From contig CAXXKJ010000002.1 in assembly GCA_963675295.2 (NCBI GenBank), positions 2,368,001 to 2,432,000 of the forward strand: a stretch of 64,000 nucleotides of DNA, given 5' to 3'. Position 1 is the stretch's first letter. Every line of letters starts with the position of its first letter. The notes under the pieces were generated by a model, which searched no databases, was not told where the DNA came from, and saw only the letters and a list, made by a program, of their open reading frames with translations. The DNA is from a bacterium (GTDB lineage Bacteria; Electryoneota; Electryoneia; Electryoneales; Electryoneaceae). This document shows, one piece after another, positions 8,861 to 17,604 of this stretch. A program made the translations under genes and the position numbers.

Positions 8861-10108
8861 ATGGCGATCGTGAAGCCATTTCCGGGCCTGCGCCCACGCA
8901 AGGATGTCGCCGCGAAGGTGGCAAGTCCGCCGTACGATGTGCTCAACTCTGAAGAAGCGCGTGAGATGGCCGCGGGAAACGAGATCAGTTTCCTGCATGT
9001 GAACAAGCCGGAAATCGACCTTCCGCCAGACACCGATCCCTACGATGACGCGGTCTACGCGCAGGGCCGTACGAACCTGCACAAGTTGATCGATGATGGC
9101 GTGCTCCATCGTGACAGCGAACCGTGCTTCTACCTCTACGCGCAGACTTGGGGCTATCACCGTCAGGTGGGCCTGGTCGCGGCAGCGAGTGTGCAGGAGT
9201 ATATCGACGACAAGATCAAGAAGCATGAGCAGACGCGGGAGAAGAAGGAACGCGACCGAGTCCGTCACATCGAGGCGTTGGGCGCGCAGGTTGGCCCGGT
9301 GTTCCTGACCTACAAAGCGAATCCGGACATCGACACGTTGTTCCGTACGATTCAGCAGGGCGAACCGGATTACGATTTCGAAGCCGATGACGGCATCCGT
9401 CACACGCTTTGGGTGGTCGGCAGCAAGAAGCGGATCGAGGCAATTTCGCAGATGTTCAGCAATGTGCCGCTGCTGTATGTCGCGGACGGTCACCATCGCA
9501 GCGCGGCGGCGACGATTGTCTGCCAGAAGCGTCGTGACGAACGGTCGACGTTCGATCCGATGGAGCCGTGGAACTTCTTCCTCAGCGTGATTTTCCCGCA
9601 TGATCAGATGAAGATCCTGCCGTACAACCGAGTTGTGCGTGACCTGAATGGGTTGTCGGAAACGGCGTTCATGGAAAAGGTGATGGAGAAGTTTGACGTC
9701 ATGGACTCGGCGAAGGGTGTCGAGCCGGAGGCGAACAAGCTGTTCGGGATGTACATGGACGGCAAGTGGTACAAGCTGGCGGCGAAGAAGGGCACGTTCG
9801 ATCCGGACGACGCGGTTAATAGCATCGACTCCGCGATTCTACAGAACAACCTGCTGCAGCCATTGCTCGGCATCGAGAATCCGCGTACCGACGAACGGAT
9901 CGATTTCGTCGGCGGCATCCGTGGCATCAAGGAGCTGGAGAAGCGGGTCAACAGCGGTGAGATGAAGGTGGCGTTCAGCCTGCACGCGACGACCATCGAG
10001 CAATTGATGAATGTCGCGGACGCCGGCAAAAACATGCCGCCGAAGTCGACGTGGTTCGAGCCGAAACTGCGCAGCGGGCTGGTGATTCACGAGATCGGGG
10101 ATCGGTGA
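8861..10108 (+). CDS. DUF1015 family protein (ParB/Srx-like DGHHR motif)
   Basis: SPPYDV, IKKHEQT, YVADGHHRSAAA and MPPKSTWFEPKLRSGL motifs; GGGAG RBS. Confidence 0.9.
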   Translation: MAIVKPFPGLRPRKDVAAKVASPPYDVLNSEEAREMAAGNEISFLHVNKPEIDLPPDTDPYDDAVYAQGRTNLHKLIDDGVLHRDSEPCFYLYAQTWGYHRQVGLVAAASVQEYIDDKIKKHEQTREKKERDRVRHIEALGAQVGPVFLTYKANPDIDTLFRTIQQGEPDYDFEADDGIRHTLWVVGSKKRIEAISQMFSNVPLLYVADGHHRSAAATIVCQKRRDERSTFDPMEPWNFFLSVIFPHDQMKILPYNRVVRDLNGLSETAFMEKVMEKFDVMDSAKGVEPEANKLFGMYMDGKWYKLAAKKGTFDPDDAVNSIDSAILQNNLLQPLLGIENPRTDERIDFVGGIRGIKELEKRVNSGEMKVAFSLHATTIEQLMNVADAGKNMPPKSTWFEPKLRSGLVIHEIGDR

Positions 10109-10116
10109 GGGAAAGA

Positions 10117-10284
10117 CAGTCTTCAGTAGTCAGTTCTCAGTGCTCAGTGAAAGACAGAAAAAGACAGTTCTGAGTGATGAGTAGTGAGTGGTGAGTAAAG
10201 ACGAAAGACGAAAGACAGTCCTGAGTCTTGAGTCCTGAGTCCTGAGCAGAAGACAAAGGACGAAAGACGAGCGACGAGAGACGG
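10117..10284. repeat. Heptamer tandem array F
   Basis: CAGTNNT x4, GAGTRRT x3, GACGAAA x2, GAGTCYT x3, GACGANN block. Confidence 0.9.
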
Positions 10285-10365
10285 TTGTACGTCTTTGATG
10301 TTGACGGAAACCCAACGCAACGAAACGTAAGAGTTCGCATAAACCCCACAAATCGGGAGGCGGAG

Positions 10366-11463
10366 ATGGGCCTGAAATTTGATCGCGTGCACAACTACAA
10401 CGCGGGTCCGGCGGCGGTACCGCTGGAAGTGTTGGAACGTGTCAACGAGCAGTGGTTCAACTACCACGGCGCGGGCATGAACGTGATGGAAATGTCGCAC
10501 CGTTCGAAGGAATTCGACAAGATCCACAACGACACCATCTCGAAGGTACGTCAGCTGCTGAACATCGGCGAGGACTACCACGTGCTGTTCCTGCAGGGTG
10601 GCGCGAGCACGCAGTTCGGCATGATCCCGATGAACTTCCTCGGCGAAGGCGACACGGCGGATTACATCAACACCGGCACCTGGTCGACCAAGGCGATCAA
10701 GGAAGCGAAGCTGTTCGGCGACGTGAATGTGGCGTTCGACGGTAGCGAAGTCGACTTCATGAAGCTTCCGACGCAGGATGAGCTGAAGCTGACCGACGGC
10801 GCGCGGTATGTCCACATCACCAGCAACAACACGATCAAGGGCACGCAGTTCCGTGAGTTCCCGGACACGAACGGCGTTCCGCTGGTCTGCGACATGAGCT
10901 CGGACATCATGAGCCACCCGCTCGACATGAAGCCGTTCGGCATGATCTACGCCGGCGCGCAGAAGAACCTCGGCCCGTCCGGAGTGACGCTGGTCGTGAT
11001 GCGTGACGATTTCGCGAAGGGCGCGAATGAGGGTCTGACGACGATGCTGAAGTACCAGACCCACATCGACAAGAACTCGTTGTTCAACACCCCGCCGACC
11101 TTCGCCATCTACCTGATGGGTGAGGTGCTGCAGTGGGTGATCGACAATGGTGGTCTTGAGGGTATGGCGGCGCGTAACCAGAAGAAGGCCGACATGCTGT
11201 ACGGTTTCTTCAACGAGCACCCAGACTACTTCAAGTGCCCGGTCGCGGAAGACAGCCGCAGCTGGATGAATGTCTGCTTCCGTCTGCCGAACGAAGACCT
11301 CGAGGGCAAGATGATCGCCGAGGCGACGCGGAACGGCTTCGTCGGCATGAAGGGTCACCGTAGCGTCGGTGGTTTGCGCATCTCGATGTACAACGCGGCC
11401 CCGCCGGAGAGCATCGAAGCGGTGATCGCGTTCATGAAGGACTTCATGACGCATAACGGATAA
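10366..11463 (+). CDS. serC: Phosphoserine aminotransferase
   Basis: NYNAGPA, MEMSHRS, FLQGGAS, CDMSSD, AGAQKNLGPSG (PLP lysine), GHRSVGGLRISMYNA. Confidence 0.97.
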   Translation: MGLKFDRVHNYNAGPAAVPLEVLERVNEQWFNYHGAGMNVMEMSHRSKEFDKIHNDTISKVRQLLNIGEDYHVLFLQGGASTQFGMIPMNFLGEGDTADYINTGTWSTKAIKEAKLFGDVNVAFDGSEVDFMKLPTQDELKLTDGARYVHITSNNTIKGTQFREFPDTNGVPLVCDMSSDIMSHPLDMKPFGMIYAGAQKNLGPSGVTLVVMRDDFAKGANEGLTTMLKYQTHIDKNSLFNTPPTFAIYLMGEVLQWVIDNGGLEGMAARNQKKADMLYGFFNEHPDYFKCPVAEDSRSWMNVCFRLPNEDLEGKMIAEATRNGFVGMKGHRSVGGLRISMYNAAPPESIEAVIAFMKDFMTHNG

Positions 11464-11468
11464 AAAGC

Positions 11469-11559
11469 GGGCTATGGGCTGTAGGCTATAGGCTATGGGC
11501 TGTAGGCTATGGGCTATGGGCTGTAGGCTATGGGCAACTGGCTGTGGGCCATAGGCTTG
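11469..11559. repeat. Heptamer tandem array G (RGGCTRT, 13 units)
   Basis: GGGCTAT GGGCTGT AGGCTAT AGGCTAT GGGCTGT... in an unbroken 7-nt register. Confidence 0.95.
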
Positions 11560-11580
11560 ACCGCTGGTAGACAACAGATT

Positions 11581-11607
11581 GTCATCCTGAACGCAGTGAA
11601 GGATCTC
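11581..11607. repeat. REP-like palindromic element (GTCAT-type)
   Basis: GTCATCCTGAACGCAGTGAAGGATCTC; shares the GTCAT end with the elements at 41576, 41678 and 47696. Confidence 0.5.
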
Positions 11608-11647
11608 GGTGTTCGGGATGATGCAAGATGATAGAGGAGTGGAAACG

Positions 11648-12562
11648 ATGGCGAAGATTCTCGTCAACGACGGCATTTCGAAGCAGGGCGAGCAGATCCT
11701 GCGTGACGGTGGCCACGAGGTCGAAATGACCAAGGTCGAGCAGGATAATCTGCTGGCCGAGCTTCCGAATTTCGACGCGATCCTGGTGCGTAGCGCGACC
11801 AAGGTCCGCACCGAGCACATTGATGCGTCCCCGAACCTGAAGCTGATCGGCCGTGGCGGCGTCGGCCTCGACAACATCGATGTCGATCACGCCAAGTCGA
11901 AGGGTATTGAAGTTGTGAACACCCCGGCGGCATCGTCGGACAGTGTCGCCGAGCTGGTGCTGATGCACATGTTCAACCTTGCGCGTTTCGGCCATGCGGC
12001 GAACGTGACTCTCCGCAAGGGCGAGTGGAACAAGAAGCAGTACAAGGGCATCGAGCTGGCCGGCCGTACGCTCGGCATCGTCGGTTTCGGCCGTATTGGC
12101 CAGAGCCTCGGCCGCAAGGCGGTGGCGTTGGGTATGAAGGTTGTCGCGTACGATGTGGTCGATGTCAAGGTTGATTATGATGCTACGATCACGACGTCGA
12201 TGGACGACGTGCTGGCGGCGGCGGACTTTGTCAGCGTGCACGTGCCGAACAAGAACTTCCTCGAGATGAAGGCGGAGCACTTCAACAAGATGAAGGACGG
12301 CGCGTACATCATCAATTGCGCCCGTGGTGGCGTGTTGAACGAGGCGGACCTGCTTACGGCGTTGAACAGCGGCAAGCTGGCCGGTGCCGGTCTCGACACG
12401 TACGACAACGAACCGACCCCGAACGCCGACCTGCTGAATCACCCGAATGTGTCCTGCACGCCGCATATCGGTGCGGCGACGACGGACGCTCAGGGTCGAG
12501 TCGGGCTCGAGTTGGCGACGAAGGTGGTCAATTTTTTCGCCGGTAAGGGTGCTGTTGCGTGA
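11648..12562 (+). CDS. serA: D-3-phosphoglycerate dehydrogenase, short form without ACT domain
   Basis: VRSATKV, GVGLDNID, GIVGFGRIG, INCARGG, TPHIGAAT; directly follows serC. Confidence 0.9.
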   Translation: MAKILVNDGISKQGEQILRDGGHEVEMTKVEQDNLLAELPNFDAILVRSATKVRTEHIDASPNLKLIGRGGVGLDNIDVDHAKSKGIEVVNTPAASSDSVAELVLMHMFNLARFGHAANVTLRKGEWNKKQYKGIELAGRTLGIVGFGRIGQSLGRKAVALGMKVVAYDVVDVKVDYDATITTSMDDVLAAADFVSVHVPNKNFLEMKAEHFNKMKDGAYIINCARGGVLNEADLLTALNSGKLAGAGLDTYDNEPTPNADLLNHPNVSCTPHIGAATTDAQGRVGLELATKVVNFFAGKGAVA

Positions 12563-12589
12563 TGAAGTGGCGCGTAAGTAGATGAAAAC

Positions 12590-12626
12590 AAAGCACGTAG
12601 GGGTTGTAACTCCTGCGTGCTTTTTT
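12590..12626 (+). terminator. Intrinsic terminator of the ser operon
   Basis: AAAGCACGTAGGGGTTGTAACTCCTGCGTGCTTTTTT hairpin with U-tract. Confidence 0.8.
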
Positions 12627-12748
12627 GGTTTCGAGGAGAGGCAAAAATTTTCAAGATGTGACTTGGATAACACGCAAATCAGAAATGTAAGTCTTACCTT
12701 ACCCGCGGGTGTGTTAACAAACAGGTCATGAAACTGGAGTACGGAACT

Positions 12749-14962
12749 GTGAAGAAATTTGTCATTGCATCACTGCTCCTGCTGCTCGCTGTTGGAATGG
12801 CGTACAGCGAGGACGTAACGGATTACGCGAAACTGGAACAGCTGCGGGCGGAATTTGAAGCTCGTTATGAATCCTGGCGTGGTCCTGCATGGGAAGCCGC
12901 ACGGCAAGCGACCACTGGTTTTTACGGCGAGATCAACGCCAACCCGGATGCTGAGTTGATCGGTATCGACGAAGCCGGCAACCCGATCATTTACTACACC
13001 GACAACTACAACGCGGGGTTGAGCACCCGCACCAACCGTGTGCAGCCGGGCGGATCGTCAGGTTTTGATTTGAACGGTTCAACGATTAGCCGTCTATACC
13101 ACTGGGACAGCAGCACCGCGAACTCCGGCCATCCGGAATTCAGCGGCCGGATTGTCAACGTGGACGGTGGCAGCAGCACGCAGAACCACGCGAACCACAC
13201 CGCCGGCACGATGATGGCGTCCGGCGTGAACGGTTCGGCGAAGGGCATGTCGATCGGCGCGACGTTGTACACCTGCAACTGGAACAACGACGAATCCGAA
13301 ATGTCGACGGCTGGCGCGAACGGCGCGAAGGTGTCTTCGCACTCGTACCACTCCGGCAGCGGCTACGGCGGTTACCTGCAGCGCGCGCGTGACTACGACC
13401 TCGTGGCGAATGCCGCTCCGTACTACCTGATTTTCCTCTCCGCGGGTAACGCGGGTTCTGGTTGGGATTCGATCAACAGCAGCAACTCGGCCAAGAACGC
13501 GGTGGTTTGCGGTGCGGCGAACGACGTGCCGAACTACACCGGTCCCGGCAGCGTGTCGATCGCGAGCTTCAGCTCGGTCGGTCCGTGCGACGATGATCGC
13601 ATCAAGCCGGACATCGTCGGTAACGGCGTTGATGTCTACAGCTGCTCCTACACGTCCTACACCACCATGTCCGGTACCTCGATGTCGACTCCGAACTGCT
13701 CGGGCTCGGCGTTCCTGATCTACGAACAGTATTACCAGACGCACGGCAACACGTATCCGTGGGCGTCCACGGTCAAGGCCACGATCATTCACACCGCGCT
13801 CGAGTGCGGTAGCTGGGATGGTCCGGACTATCGTTTCGGTTGGGGCCTGATGGATACCGAAGGCGCTTGTGAACTGGTCGAATACGATGGTACGATCGAT
13901 GATGGCGCGATCACCGAACGTTACCTGATCAACAGCCAGACGTACGAAGAAGTTCTCAACGCGACCGGCGGCGAGCCGCTGCGTGTGACGATTGTCTGGA
14001 ACGATCCGGCGGCACCGGCCAATGCGGGTACGACGCTGATCAACGACCTCGACATTCGTTTGACGAACCTGAACACGAATGAAGTCGAGATGCCGTGGGT
14101 GCTGAATGGTAGCACCTCGAACCCGGCGTCCCAGGGCGACAACACCGCGGACAACGTGGAGCAGATTTACATCGCGTCCCCGACGGCCAATACGCCCTAC
14201 CAGTTGGTCGTTTCGCACAAGAACAACCTTCAGGGTGCGGACCAGGCGTACAGCTTGATCATCACCGGCGCGACCACAGGTGAGATGCCGGAAGCAACTC
14301 TGGCGTTGGATCCGGTGTTCTGGTACATCGCTCCGCAGGGCGGTCCGCTGCGCTACAACGTGGACTTCGCATATTACGGCGACAACCCGGTTCCGGGTTC
14401 GTCCTATTGGGTGGACGTGGTTCTGCCGAATGGCAACAACTACGGTCCGTTGTTCCAGTACAACTTCACGCTGCAGCCGGGTCAGACGATCTCGACCACG
14501 CTGACGCACCAGATTCCGGGTTATGCTCCGACCGGTAGCTATGACATCATCGGCAAGGTTGGCACATATCCGGGTACGGTGATCGTGTCGGATCAGTTCG
14601 AGATGATCAAGCTCGGTAACGGCCCGGATCAGGGTGACGGCTCGTGGCCGGAGGATGCGGAAGTGATGACGACCGGCAGCTTCGAACAGCTTCCGGACAC
14701 GTATCAGTTGAGCTCCGTGTATCCGAACCCGTTCAACCCGACCACGTCATTCTCGCTGCAGCTGCCGGAAGCGGCTCAGGTTTCGATCCAGGTCTACAAC
14801 GTGCGCGGCCAGCTGGTCAGCACGATTGCGGACGGACAGATCTCGGCGGGCAACCATCAGTTCACGTTCGATGGCGCGAACCTTTCGGCGGGTGTGTATT
14901 TCCTGCGCGCGAGTGTTCCGGGCCAGATGAACGAGTTCCGCAAGATGGCGCTGGTGAAGTAA
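12749..14962 (+). CDS. Secreted S8 subtilisin-like serine peptidase with T9SS-type C-terminal sorting domain
   Basis: Signal peptide; triad D (HWDSS), H (NHANHTAG), S (SGTSMSTP); KPDIVGNG; CTD YPNPFNPTT...KMALVK; GGAG before GTG 12749 (ORF open from 12728). Confidence 0.92.
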   Translation: MKKFVIASLLLLLAVGMAYSEDVTDYAKLEQLRAEFEARYESWRGPAWEAARQATTGFYGEINANPDAELIGIDEAGNPIIYYTDNYNAGLSTRTNRVQPGGSSGFDLNGSTISRLYHWDSSTANSGHPEFSGRIVNVDGGSSTQNHANHTAGTMMASGVNGSAKGMSIGATLYTCNWNNDESEMSTAGANGAKVSSHSYHSGSGYGGYLQRARDYDLVANAAPYYLIFLSAGNAGSGWDSINSSNSAKNAVVCGAANDVPNYTGPGSVSIASFSSVGPCDDDRIKPDIVGNGVDVYSCSYTSYTTMSGTSMSTPNCSGSAFLIYEQYYQTHGNTYPWASTVKATIIHTALECGSWDGPDYRFGWGLMDTEGACELVEYDGTIDDGAITERYLINSQTYEEVLNATGGEPLRVTIVWNDPAAPANAGTTLINDLDIRLTNLNTNEVEMPWVLNGSTSNPASQGDNTADNVEQIYIASPTANTPYQLVVSHKNNLQGADQAYSLIITGATTGEMPEATLALDPVFWYIAPQGGPLRYNVDFAYYGDNPVPGSSYWVDVVLPNGNNYGPLFQYNFTLQPGQTISTTLTHQIPGYAPTGSYDIIGKVGTYPGTVIVSDQFEMIKLGNGPDQGDGSWPEDAEVMTTGSFEQLPDTYQLSSVYPNPFNPTTSFSLQLPEAAQVSIQVYNVRGQLVSTIADGQISAGNHQFTFDGANLSAGVYFLRASVPGQMNEFRKMALVK

Positions 14963-14964
14963 AG

Positions 14965-15041
14965 CAGTCTTGAGTCTTGAGTCCTGAGTCTTGAGTAAAA
15001 GACAAGAGACGAAAGACGGAAGACGACACAACGAAACACGG
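14965..15041. repeat. Heptamer tandem array H
   Basis: CAGTCTT GAGTCTT GAGTCCT GAGTCTT GAGTAAAA GACAAGA GACGAAA GACGGAA. Confidence 0.85.
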
Positions 15042-15077
15042 TCATTGACTCAGACATGAGTCTTTGCGTGGAATGAT

Positions 15078-15111
15078 AGCCCGGCGAGGCGTTGCTTCGC
15101 CGGGCTTTTTT
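15078..15111 (+). terminator. Intrinsic terminator
   Basis: AGCCCGGCGAGGC-GTT-GCTTCGCCGGGCT followed by TTTTT. Confidence 0.85.
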
Positions 15112-15286
15112 GCGTATAGTTGTCGCCTGTTCGAGCCGGATTGGTGCCGGTCTCGCTTGGTCCCTTGATCTCTTGACAGTCGATTCCGGTTCCACGTACC
15201 TTCGGGTCTGTGCGTACCTGCGGCCTTGGTTTTCGGGGCTGCGTTTTTTGTGGCATCTTGAGTCCCGGGTGACGCATGGAGGTTTG

Positions 15287-15360
15287 CGGGGCGTGGCGCA
15301 GTCCGGTAGCGCACCTGCTTTGGGAGCAGGGGGTCGCTGGTTCGAATCCAGTCGCCCCGA
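15287..15360 (+). tRNA. tRNA-Pro(TGG)
   Basis: Cloverleaf; anticodon arm CCTGC-TTTGGGA-GCAGG; GTTCGAATC T-loop. Confidence 0.97.
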
Positions 15361-15423
15361 CCGGGTGCGGCGGGAGCTGGTGACCGTCGGCCAAGACAAG
15401 CGCGGCGCGACCCGCGGCGGAAT

Positions 15424-15497
15424 GCGCCAGTAGCTCAACTGGATAGAGCACCGGCCTTCTAAGCCGGCGGTTCGGGGTTCAAGTCCCTGCTGGCGTA
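15424..15497 (+). tRNA. tRNA-Arg(TCT)
   Basis: Anticodon arm CCGGC-CTTCTAA-GCCGG; GTTCAAGTC T-loop. Confidence 0.97.
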
Positions 15498-15562
15498 CGA
15501 GGCAGGGGGACATCGATCCCAACTGCGCAAACTGGGAACGTTGTTCCCGGCAAGACAAGCAT

Positions 15563-15637
15563 GGTCCGAGTAGTTCAGTTGGTTAGAACGCCTGACTGTG
15601 GCTCAGGAGGTCGTGGGTTCAAATCCCATCTCGGACC
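15563..15637 (+). tRNA. tRNA-His(GTG)
   Basis: G-1/C73 pair; anticodon arm CCTGA-CTGTGGC-TCAGG. Confidence 0.97.
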
Positions 15638-15711
15638 CAACAACATCCTGAAACAGGGTGTGAACCACCTTCGGGTGGGATAGAGTTTGCGTGCGAAAGC
15701 GCGCATCATGT

Positions 15712-15783
15712 GGCCCCTTCGTCTAGTGGTTAAGACACCAGGTTTTCATCCTGGCAACAGGGGTTCGATTCCCCTAGGGGTCA
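15712..15783 (+). tRNA. tRNA-Glu(TTC)
   Basis: Anticodon arm CCAGG-TTTTCAT-CCTGG; GTTCGATTC T-loop. Confidence 0.97.
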
Positions 15784-15788
15784 CAGCC

Positions 15789-15816
15789 GCCCTCGGCATT
15801 TGCCGGGGGCATTTTT
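15789..15816 (+). terminator. Terminator of the tRNA operon
   Basis: GCCCTCGGCA-TT-TGCCGGGGGC followed by ATTTTT. Confidence 0.8.
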
Positions 15817-15928
15817 GTTGTCCGCGCTTTGCGTTTCGCCTCCTCCGGATTACCTTAGACCCGTACCTGTTGTCCTTCGACCAGACATCACATTCGATAA
15901 CCACCCGGCATGTAGTGGAGGAACCCCC

Positions 15929-17404
15929 ATGCGCACTCTCACGCTCAGTCTGATGGTCTTGTTGTTTGCCGTGATGGCATCGTTCGCGATCACGCTTGAG
16001 GAGTTTCAAGCTCAATGGCAGGACGCAGACAGCAAGGAAGCGAAGATCGAGCTGACGCGTCAGGCGTTGGCCCAGATCGAGGATCTGGACCTGATCCGGA
16101 AAATTCAGGACAAGTGGTCGGATTATGACCGTGCGTCGGCGGAAACGTATTTCACCGAGCGGTTGGCGGGTGACGAAAGCGCGACGAACCTTTACCTGAT
16201 GGGCCGTTTGCAGACGACACCGATGGCGAAGATCGATTACGCCCGCCGTGCGATTGCGAAGGACCCGATGTTTATTTACGGCTACCGGTTGCTGGCGGTG
16301 CCGTACATGAACGGACTGTTCGACGCGGAGGAGGGGGACGAATACTACACTGAGCTCGCCGCGAGTTTCCCGAAGGATTACCCGTTACTGAAGGGCGCGA
16401 CGGAAAAGTTGCCCGAGGACGGCGACGCGTGGCAATTCCTCTACGAATCGCAGGTGCACATGGACGATTACGCCGCGCAGCTGGAAACGTTGAACCGTGG
16501 CAAGGAGATGGGCGCACGTTGGGCGGGCACACAGGGCTTTGTCAACGCCTATGTCGGCATGGGCGACTATGAGCTGGCGCAGGAACAGGCGGCGGTGCTG
16601 GTGGATGAACGGATCGCGAACGGCCGACTCGAGCCGGAATACCGTGACGAGATGATTTTCTACCGCTATTCGAACGCGTTGGACGCGACGAACTCACTGG
16701 ATGAGGCGGTACGGTATTTCTCAAGCGTCGAGGGTGATCTGGCGGCGACGGCCCGCGTGTACCTGGCGGCGACGTGGGTGCGCAAGGGAAGCGAAAAAAA
16801 GGCGTGGAAGGCGCTGAACGAGGCCATCGAGCTGGGGTATGACACTCCGGGTGAATTGCAGCAGGTCGAGGAGCTCGATCCGCTGCATGGCACAAAGAAG
16901 TGGGAGAAGGCGCTCAAGGCGGTGCAGCAGAACCGGATCGATAGCGCGCCGGAACGCCGCGCGGAAGTGTTGGCTGGGAAAATGGATCTCGCCGCGCCGG
17001 AGTTGGCGATGGTAGATGTGAACGGTGATGCGGTCACGTTGGCGGATTTGCGTGGCAAGGTGGTGGTGATTGACTTCTGGGCGACGTGGTGCGGCCCGTG
17101 CCGGATGGCGATGCCGGAGATCAACGAGTTTACCCGTGACTACGCGGACAAGGATGTCGTGGTGATTTCGCTGAACGTGTGGGAAGACGCCGCGGAGAAG
17201 GCGAAGAAGTTCATGGTCGACAAGGAGTACGCGATGCGTCTGATGTGGGCCACCGGAGAGGAACAGCCGACGGACCAGTTCGAGGTGAGCGGCATCCCGA
17301 CGTTGGTAGTGATTGACAAGGAGGGCGTCATCCGGTTCAAGGAAGTCGGCTACGAAGAAGGGCTGCGTGAAAAACTCGGCTGGTTCGCGGACGATTTGTT
17401 GTAG
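15929..17404 (+). CDS. Exported TPR-like protein with C-terminal TlpA/ResA thioredoxin domain
   Basis: Signal peptide, helical repeats, IDFWATWCGPC, GIPTLVVIDKEG; GGAGGA RBS. Confidence 0.88.
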   Translation: MRTLTLSLMVLLFAVMASFAITLEEFQAQWQDADSKEAKIELTRQALAQIEDLDLIRKIQDKWSDYDRASAETYFTERLAGDESATNLYLMGRLQTTPMAKIDYARRAIAKDPMFIYGYRLLAVPYMNGLFDAEEGDEYYTELAASFPKDYPLLKGATEKLPEDGDAWQFLYESQVHMDDYAAQLETLNRGKEMGARWAGTQGFVNAYVGMGDYELAQEQAAVLVDERIANGRLEPEYRDEMIFYRYSNALDATNSLDEAVRYFSSVEGDLAATARVYLAATWVRKGSEKKAWKALNEAIELGYDTPGELQQVEELDPLHGTKKWEKALKAVQQNRIDSAPERRAEVLAGKMDLAAPELAMVDVNGDAVTLADLRGKVVVIDFWATWCGPCRMAMPEINEFTRDYADKDVVVISLNVWEDAAEKAKKFMVDKEYAMRLMWATGEEQPTDQFEVSGIPTLVVIDKEGVIRFKEVGYEEGLREKLGWFADDLL

Positions 17405-17604
17405 GGTCGGCTACGGTCGGCGGACTGGTGGCAGTCTATTCCCCTGTGAACCAGGTTTAGTCTGGACGAAAAATGCCTCTCCAGATCCCTTAAAACACGG
17501 AATCATTTTGTGTTGAACGGGAGGTTGCAGTTGAGCTGGGGAGTGTCTGTAGATATCTTACTGGATCATTGTTTAAAACCTCCCATAAAGGGTCCGGAGG
17601 CTTC

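Noticed and set aside
10144-11877. Long antisense ORFs (also 5337-6764, 13094-14509, 27472-28737, 35572-37206, 56484-58088)
   Set aside because: Shadow frames opposite well-supported genes, as expected in high-GC DNA
15287-15783. tRNA-anchored genomic island or prophage (also at 49081-49152)
   Set aside because: No integrase, no duplicated tRNA 3' end and no phage genes seen
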